From: a virus
Direction: 5' to 3' (one strand)
IMG/VR virus record: IMGVR_UViG_3300020045_005677
Span: 32,001-96,000 of that record
DNA: 64,000 nucleotides
The notes under the pieces are model-generated. The model was given only the letters and a program-made list of their open reading frames with translations. It was not told the origin of the DNA and did not search any database. Every line of letters begins with the position of its first letter. Within the stretch, counting starts at the first letter, position 1. This document shows, in pieces, positions 58,673 through 64,000 of the stretch. A program made the translations under genes and the position numbers.

Positions 58673-59911
58673 ATGAAGTTTGCAAGAGATATAGAAGATA
58701 TAGATGACGATGAAGAAGTACGTGCTCCTAGTAATAATGGTAAGCCAATATCTGCCAGTATGGCACTATCTGCTATTTTTAGAAAACAACCAACAGAACC
58801 AGGAATCTATGAAGTAAGTATTAAAAAGACAGCTAATGGTAATCAAGAGTTTTCTTTAAAAAGAACAGATGATTATTTTACTACTCCTGATAAATTATAT
58901 GGCAGAATGCTAAAAGACTTTAAAAGAAGTTGGCATACTTTTAAATCGTTTTATGCTAAAGGTAATAACTTTAACCTAGGTGCAGTAGGTTATAAAGGAA
59001 TGGGTAAAACAGAATTTCTATCATTACTATCTAACGAAGGTATTAAAGATGGTTTAATAATTGTAATGGTAGTAAATGTTAAAGCTAGTTTAGATTTAAT
59101 AAAGTATTTAGATTCTTTAGATAATCTAATATTAGTTCTAGATGAATATACTAAGAACTTTGATAAAGATTTACAAAAGAGGTCTTTAACTATGTTTAAT
59201 AACCTATCTAAAAAAAGAAGAATGATTTGTATCTCTGATAATTACAAAGATGCTCTAAATGAATTCTTTCAAGATAGAACTGGTAGATTACATTATCTAT
59301 TAGAATTTGAGACCATAGATAATGAAGTAATTAAAGAGTATTGTCAAGACCATAATGTAAGAGAGTCTCTAATAGAAGAAATTTTAAAAGCTGCTAGAAA
59401 AGTACCTAACTTTTCATACGACTTTCTCAAGGGATTAGTATTAGAACATGAGCTATATCCAGATGATACATTAGAAGACTTATTATATTACTTAAATCTA
59501 AAAATACTTAAACCTAGAGTAGCTTGTAAAGTAATTAAAGTAGAAAAAGTATTAGAGTTTGACCATGATAGAAAACCTGTTAAATTACAAGAGTATGATT
59601 ATACTGTTAGATTTAGTTATAGTAAAACCGAATTCGTAGATAAACAAAACTCTATCTGGATTAATATCAATGGTGTTAAGTATACAGAAGCAGAACAAGC
59701 AGAAAGAAATAAACTGATTGAAGAAGCACAAAAGAAAAAATTACCATATCCATTTCCAGGTAGTACGGATAGAGAAAATACTAGTATAGACATCACTGAT
59801 AGAATCCTGGATAAATATACAGATAATAATGGTGATGAATATATAGAATTTATCAATGATAGAGACTTTTTAATTACAGTGGTGTTTGAAGATGGTATAA
59901 GTAAAAAATAA
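58673..59911 (+). CDS. AAA+ ATPase
   Basis: Walker A GYKGMGKT, Walker B LVLDE, arginine-finger DRTGRL. Confidence 0.85.
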   Translation: MKFARDIEDIDDDEEVRAPSNNGKPISASMALSAIFRKQPTEPGIYEVSIKKTANGNQEFSLKRTDDYFTTPDKLYGRMLKDFKRSWHTFKSFYAKGNNFNLGAVGYKGMGKTEFLSLLSNEGIKDGLIIVMVVNVKASLDLIKYLDSLDNLILVLDEYTKNFDKDLQKRSLTMFNNLSKKRRMICISDNYKDALNEFFQDRTGRLHYLLEFETIDNEVIKEYCQDHNVRESLIEEILKAARKVPNFSYDFLKGLVLEHELYPDDTLEDLLYYLNLKILKPRVACKVIKVEKVLEFDHDRKPVKLQEYDYTVRFSYSKTEFVDKQNSIWININGVKYTEAEQAERNKLIEEAQKKKLPYPFPGSTDRENTSIDITDRILDKYTDNNGDEYIEFINDRDFLITVVFEDGISKK

Positions 59912-59931
59912 ATTAAGTTTAGGAGAAAACA

Positions 59932-60537
59932 ATGGAAACAAATAGAAGTCTTTTACCAATCGAGGTAAAAATAGAAGAAAAGAAAATAACAGTTAAAAAA
60001 GAAGCTGATTATATAAATCTAAAATCATTCTCATTGCAGAATGATGAGGATGAAGTATTATCAGTATCTTTTAGAAATGGTAATCCACGATTTACTGTAC
60101 ATTATAAAAATAGCTTAAGCTATGAAGATAGACAAAAACTTCCATATAAAGATAGAGAAGGTGTAGCTCCATATAACTTTGGAGAGTTTGCTACATTAGT
60201 TAGAAAAGCTAAAGAAGTAATAGCTGGCACATTAGGTAGCTTTAGTTTTATTTCATTATACGACTATAATGCCAATGGTGATAAAGTAGATGAAAAGTTA
60301 CCTAAAGCAGAAATTACTATCTTTAGAGACGAGAATGATGTAATCTGTATTAAGTTTCAAAACTTTATGAATAACAAAGATTCATTATTTAAGATTATGC
60401 CATCTAAATGGTTTAAGATTAAAGTAAATGGTCATGTGGTGCCTAATGAAACATTCTCATTAGCAGAATCAGAAATGTTATTTAAGTACTTAGATAGTGC
60501 TATGGATACTCTTTTTAAATATAATATAGATAGATAA
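59932..60537 (+). CDS. Conserved chimallivirus protein (phiKZ gp67-like by synteny)
   Basis: Immediately upstream of the gp68-like gene; NPRFTV motif. Confidence 0.45.
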   Translation: METNRSLLPIEVKIEEKKITVKKEADYINLKSFSLQNDEDEVLSVSFRNGNPRFTVHYKNSLSYEDRQKLPYKDREGVAPYNFGEFATLVRKAKEVIAGTLGSFSFISLYDYNANGDKVDEKLPKAEITIFRDENDVICIKFQNFMNNKDSLFKIMPSKWFKIKVNGHVVPNETFSLAESEMLFKYLDSAMDTLFKYNIDR

Positions 60538-60566
60538 TTATAAATCTTAATCTAAATTATTACAAA

Positions 60567-60585
60567 CACATATTATTAAATTAGT
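60567..60585 (+). promoter_or_regulatory. Extended phage promoter CACATATTATTAAATTAGT
   Basis: Exact 19-mer repeat upstream of the gp68-like gene. Confidence 0.75.
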
Positions 60586-60641
60586 GCATCATATATTTAA
60601 TAGTATATGGTGTACTAAATTCTTTTTGCAAAAGGAAAGTT

Positions 60642-62210
60642 ATGGGCAATAACATATTGAGACTAGGATTAGGTAGTGATAAAGTAATTACAATATCATT
60701 TACTGATGAAGATGGTCAACGAGAGAAAATAGAATTTCCATCAAGAGACGTCTTAGATGGTAAAAAAGAAGAAGAGAAAGTTGGTTTATTATTTTTCGTA
60801 GAAGAATATATAAATTCTAAAGATAATAATTTTAGAGTTAAGTTATTTAAAAAGTACAAAGAAGCAAATGACCAGCTAGATGAATTAATATTAATTAATA
60901 GTTTAGAACCTATTAATGTTAAAATATTTCATGATATTTTAGATTTAATTAACATTAGAGATTTAACTAATTTCTTAACTACAATTGTAGCTGTACCAAA
61001 AGAGTTACAGGATAAGTTTACTCCAGATAAAGATGAAATGTTAAACGAGATACAAACATATACAAAGAGAGAGTATTTAGAGTTAATAGTATTAGCTACA
61101 TTACTTAAGTTTACATTACCTGTATTAGGTAAATATATGCACATCAAATCTCATTTAGTTAATAAGCATCTTAAGGTATATTACTTTTTACCAATCTATG
61201 AATCATATCTTAAGATTAGTGAATTAAAGAGTTATGAAAAGTTATATTTGTTTTCTGAAAAAGCATTTATGAAAGAAAATACTGAAGAGAGTGCTGCTGT
61301 TAGAACTATGCTATATAATATTCCAAAAGATGAGACTGTTAGATGGTTATTCTCTGCAGCTATTATTTCTGGTATTATGGCATTGACTTCTATTAATGAT
61401 ACTTATGACGAAAATCTTATTAAGAAGTTATTTAATAATATTCTAAAGAATAGAATTAATAAAACTACTGAAAATACTAAGATTAAATCTAAAGCTGAAA
61501 CAGTATCTAAAGGAGATGAAAATTCTCAAGAGTCAATGTCAGAGAGTTGTAGAGTTACTACTGAATTATCACCAGGATATGTAGAAGAATTAAATTGGGC
61601 AATGGAGACACCTGACTTTATTATTAAACAATTAAAGAATAAAAACTTTACAGTAGATAGAGATATTGCTAATGCTAGTTTTAACTTTATGATGTCTTAT
61701 GCTAAAGAGGGGCCCTTTATTGTATCAGATACTGTATTTGTATTATTAGGATGGATATTCCATACTCATATTGCACATGCTAATTCTTTTAAATATTTAA
61801 GAATGCAAGCTCTGTATTCTGCTATAGCGGTAGCTTATTCTCATTTAGTAGTAAATGGATTTAAAGATTTAGGATTAATGGTATACTCTAAATTAAATAC
61901 TATAGATAGTGGTTCTTTTAATAACTCTACTAATAAAGCAAAAATACCTGATATTATTAAAGAAGAGTTAGAAACTTTTTATAATATTAAGAAAAACAAA
62001 TTAACAAAAGTAAAAATAGAAGAAATATCTATAGCAGAAACTGCAATAGGATTATTAGCAGATATGATGTATACTGAAGAGTATATTACATTTGCCAAGA
62101 AAGAAGATATACTAGATGTTAAAGGTGATTCATCTTCTCCTTTAATAGTAGCTGGTAGTGAGTTAAAAATTAGGTTAGCAGAATTATTAATATTTTTAAA
62201 TAAAAGATAA
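60642..62210 (+). CDS. Non-virion RNAP promoter-specificity (sigma-like) subunit, phiKZ gp68-like
   Basis: 522 aa; QTYTKREYLELIVLATLLKFTLPVLG aligns with recalled gp68 QTYLKHDYINLA...RPLVPIWG; upstream of the gp69-like gene. Confidence 0.8.
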   Translation: MGNNILRLGLGSDKVITISFTDEDGQREKIEFPSRDVLDGKKEEEKVGLLFFVEEYINSKDNNFRVKLFKKYKEANDQLDELILINSLEPINVKIFHDILDLINIRDLTNFLTTIVAVPKELQDKFTPDKDEMLNEIQTYTKREYLELIVLATLLKFTLPVLGKYMHIKSHLVNKHLKVYYFLPIYESYLKISELKSYEKLYLFSEKAFMKENTEESAAVRTMLYNIPKDETVRWLFSAAIISGIMALTSINDTYDENLIKKLFNNILKNRINKTTENTKIKSKAETVSKGDENSQESMSESCRVTTELSPGYVEELNWAMETPDFIIKQLKNKNFTVDRDIANASFNFMMSYAKEGPFIVSDTVFVLLGWIFHTHIAHANSFKYLRMQALYSAIAVAYSHLVVNGFKDLGLMVYSKLNTIDSGSFNNSTNKAKIPDIIKEELETFYNIKKNKLTKVKIEEISIAETAIGLLADMMYTEEYITFAKKEDILDVKGDSSSPLIVAGSELKIRLAELLIFLNKR

Positions 62211-62227
62211 TATAAAGGAAAAGTATA

Positions 62228-63724
62228 ATGAGTAGAAGAGATAGCAATATAGAAGTAGCCGTAACGAAAATGTATTGGAATAAAGTGTATGGAAATGAGT
62301 TTAAACCTGTACATAGAAGAAATATAGAATTAGATTCTAGTTACTCTGCTGTACATGGAATAATTGATGCTTTAGATTATAAGAAAGTAAATAAATTGTC
62401 AATTGGAGATTTAACACATACTCCAGATTTGATTACATTATCAGATGCACCTAATGCTGATGCTGTTAATATTAGAGGTGGTTGGAATACAGATAGATTT
62501 GCATTTATGATGGAAATCACAATGATAGAGAGAGGTAATGTAAATAATATTTACTTATCTGGATATACGGATGCCGATGACCTATTTGGGTTGTGGACAT
62601 CTAGTGCTAAAGATGCTACATTAAATAGTGATATAAAGTTAATCTTTAACGATTGTCTAATTACACAAACAGTAAGACAAGGAAATAGAGATGTAACTAG
62701 AATTGTAGACAGTTATGAGATTATTCCTACTCCAGATAAAGAAGAGAAAAGAATGGGAGCATCTACACTAAGACCTACAGATGTATTTGCTACTATTCAG
62801 GGACAAGAAAGATTTAGTACTGACAACTTTGATGTAGATGGTGTAACTCTAGTAGATACTAGAACACAAAATCATGGTGGTAAGATATCTAGATATTCAA
62901 ATTCATCTCTAGATAATCATTTAGTATCTGTATCTAATCTATATATGCAAGCTAGTAGTGAAGCATATACAGGAAATGACTTAGAAGTATATGACGATTT
63001 AGTATATTCTACTAGAGAACCTGATTTAGTAAATGCAGTAAAACTATTCGATTTAATATTTCAAGAGACTGGAGAGATAGTAGAAGACTCTATTAGACTA
63101 GGAGATTTATTATCTGTATGTCCCGAGAGATGTAAAGCTCAAGAAGACTTTGTAATCAATGATAAACCTAGACAAGATAGAGATACTGAGATTAGAGCAT
63201 TAGCTAGTCAGCATAGAGAGTTTAAAGCATTGACCACTTTAGATTCAGAGGGTACAGATGTAATTGGTGTAGATGTAAAGTTAGCTCAATTAGCATTAGC
63301 TGAAACAGTAGCATTGATGAATATGTATAAGATTACACAATTAGCATTAACAGCTACTAATCTTAGTAAAGATTATAATAATAGACCATTAATCTTTATA
63401 GCAAACAGTAATAGTTTAATTAGTAATGAAGATATTACTACTTATCTATTAGGTCAATTTGAAGAGAGATTTTTAAATACAGTATTTAATAAAATTAGTT
63501 ATGCAGGACAAATATCTGTTAACTTATCTTTATATATTGGATTTAATACAGAAAAGATAGAAATATCTATAAATGGAGATGCGCCATTAGTATTAGCATT
63601 GCCTAAATTTATGAGTAGTAATTTTAGTTGTGTAGTTGGTGGTGATAGTGATTTAAAACAATTAAGTAGGGGATACAAAGACTTATTTAATACAATATCT
63701 GAAAATACAGGAGCAAGTAAATGA
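62228..63724 (+). CDS. picA: Phage-nucleus protein importer PicA/Imp1 (phiKZ gp69-like)
   Basis: NIRGGWNTDRFAFMMEI, GYTD and LRPTDVF motifs; position directly after the gp68-like gene. Confidence 0.75.
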   Translation: MSRRDSNIEVAVTKMYWNKVYGNEFKPVHRRNIELDSSYSAVHGIIDALDYKKVNKLSIGDLTHTPDLITLSDAPNADAVNIRGGWNTDRFAFMMEITMIERGNVNNIYLSGYTDADDLFGLWTSSAKDATLNSDIKLIFNDCLITQTVRQGNRDVTRIVDSYEIIPTPDKEEKRMGASTLRPTDVFATIQGQERFSTDNFDVDGVTLVDTRTQNHGGKISRYSNSSLDNHLVSVSNLYMQASSEAYTGNDLEVYDDLVYSTREPDLVNAVKLFDLIFQETGEIVEDSIRLGDLLSVCPERCKAQEDFVINDKPRQDRDTEIRALASQHREFKALTTLDSEGTDVIGVDVKLAQLALAETVALMNMYKITQLALTATNLSKDYNNRPLIFIANSNSLISNEDITTYLLGQFEERFLNTVFNKISYAGQISVNLSLYIGFNTEKIEISINGDAPLVLALPKFMSSNFSCVVGGDSDLKQLSRGYKDLFNTISENTGASK

Positions 63725-64000
63725 AATTAGTAGATTTTTATAATAAAGCTTTAATCTCTGTAGGTATGCAATCTACAGAGGAAGGTAATATTGTATATAC
63801 AAATGATGAAAGCAAGCTAGTAACAGCCAGCAAGAAACAAATGGTGATGCCAATTAAACAACAAATCAATATCATTACTGAGGATAAAATATTATTTAAT
63901 CCATTGCAAGAAGATATGATTAAAGGTATGAACTTATCTACTGCTAAAGTAAAAGTATCTGCCGATAGAATGTTAGCTAATGCATTTAACTTAGTAATAG
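63721..64000 (+). CDS. 5' part of conserved protein (phiKZ gp70-like), truncated by window edge
   Basis: ATGA overlap with the upstream gene; MKLVDFY...MVMP...LFNPLQED; open to the end of the window. Confidence 0.6.
   Translation, partial: MKLVDFYNKALISVGMQSTEEGNIVYTNDESKLVTASKKQMVMPIKQQINIITEDKILFNPLQEDMIKGMNLSTAKVKVSADRMLANAFNLVI

Noticed and set aside
98-62314. Other short antisense ORFs in the track (e.g. 98-322, 412-624, 8604-8930, 18913-19200, 21212-21592, 32339-32896, 37203-37670, 54566-54880, 56890-57360, 61979-62314)
   Set aside because: They overlap real genes on the opposite strand (or out of frame) and have shadow-ORF composition.
1-64000. Stop-codon reassignment (code 15 or 4), as in some jumbo phages
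   Set aside because: Long genes are intact in code 11, and TAG and TGA end genes at coupled junctions (e.g. 476, 63724).

Overview
This is a very AT-rich, densely coding segment of a phiKZ-like jumbo phage (Chimalliviridae, nucleus-forming). It uses the standard genetic code; TAA, TAG and TGA all act as stops. Diagnostic genes are a chimallin (ChmA) nuclear-shell homologue (11105-13078), followed by the non-virion RNAP beta'-N gene; a virion RNAP beta'-C subunit (20739-22049); a gp68-like sigma-type subunit and a gp69/PicA(Imp1)-like importer at the right end; and a block of head, inner-body and baseplate genes carrying S/A/G-x-E prohead-protease motifs. The beta'-N catalytic motif NAD|FDGD is split by a 425-nt ORF-less group I intron (14384-14808). 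An adjacent thyX and a short Campylobacterota-type holB point to a Campylobacterota host. Other signals: a 1.9-kb gene-free, hairpin-dense region (1556-3469); a phage promoter motif CACATATTAT(TAAATTAGT), usually followed by a 5' hairpin; a TTTGA motif before structural operons; apparent near-total GATC avoidance; a DprA/SLOG-like protein ending in an SSB-type tail (DDMPF); and a small-protein triplet, one member of which carries a DFDGD motif. All family assignments come from motifs and synteny recalled from memory; no database search was run. No tRNA, rRNA or CRISPR array was seen.
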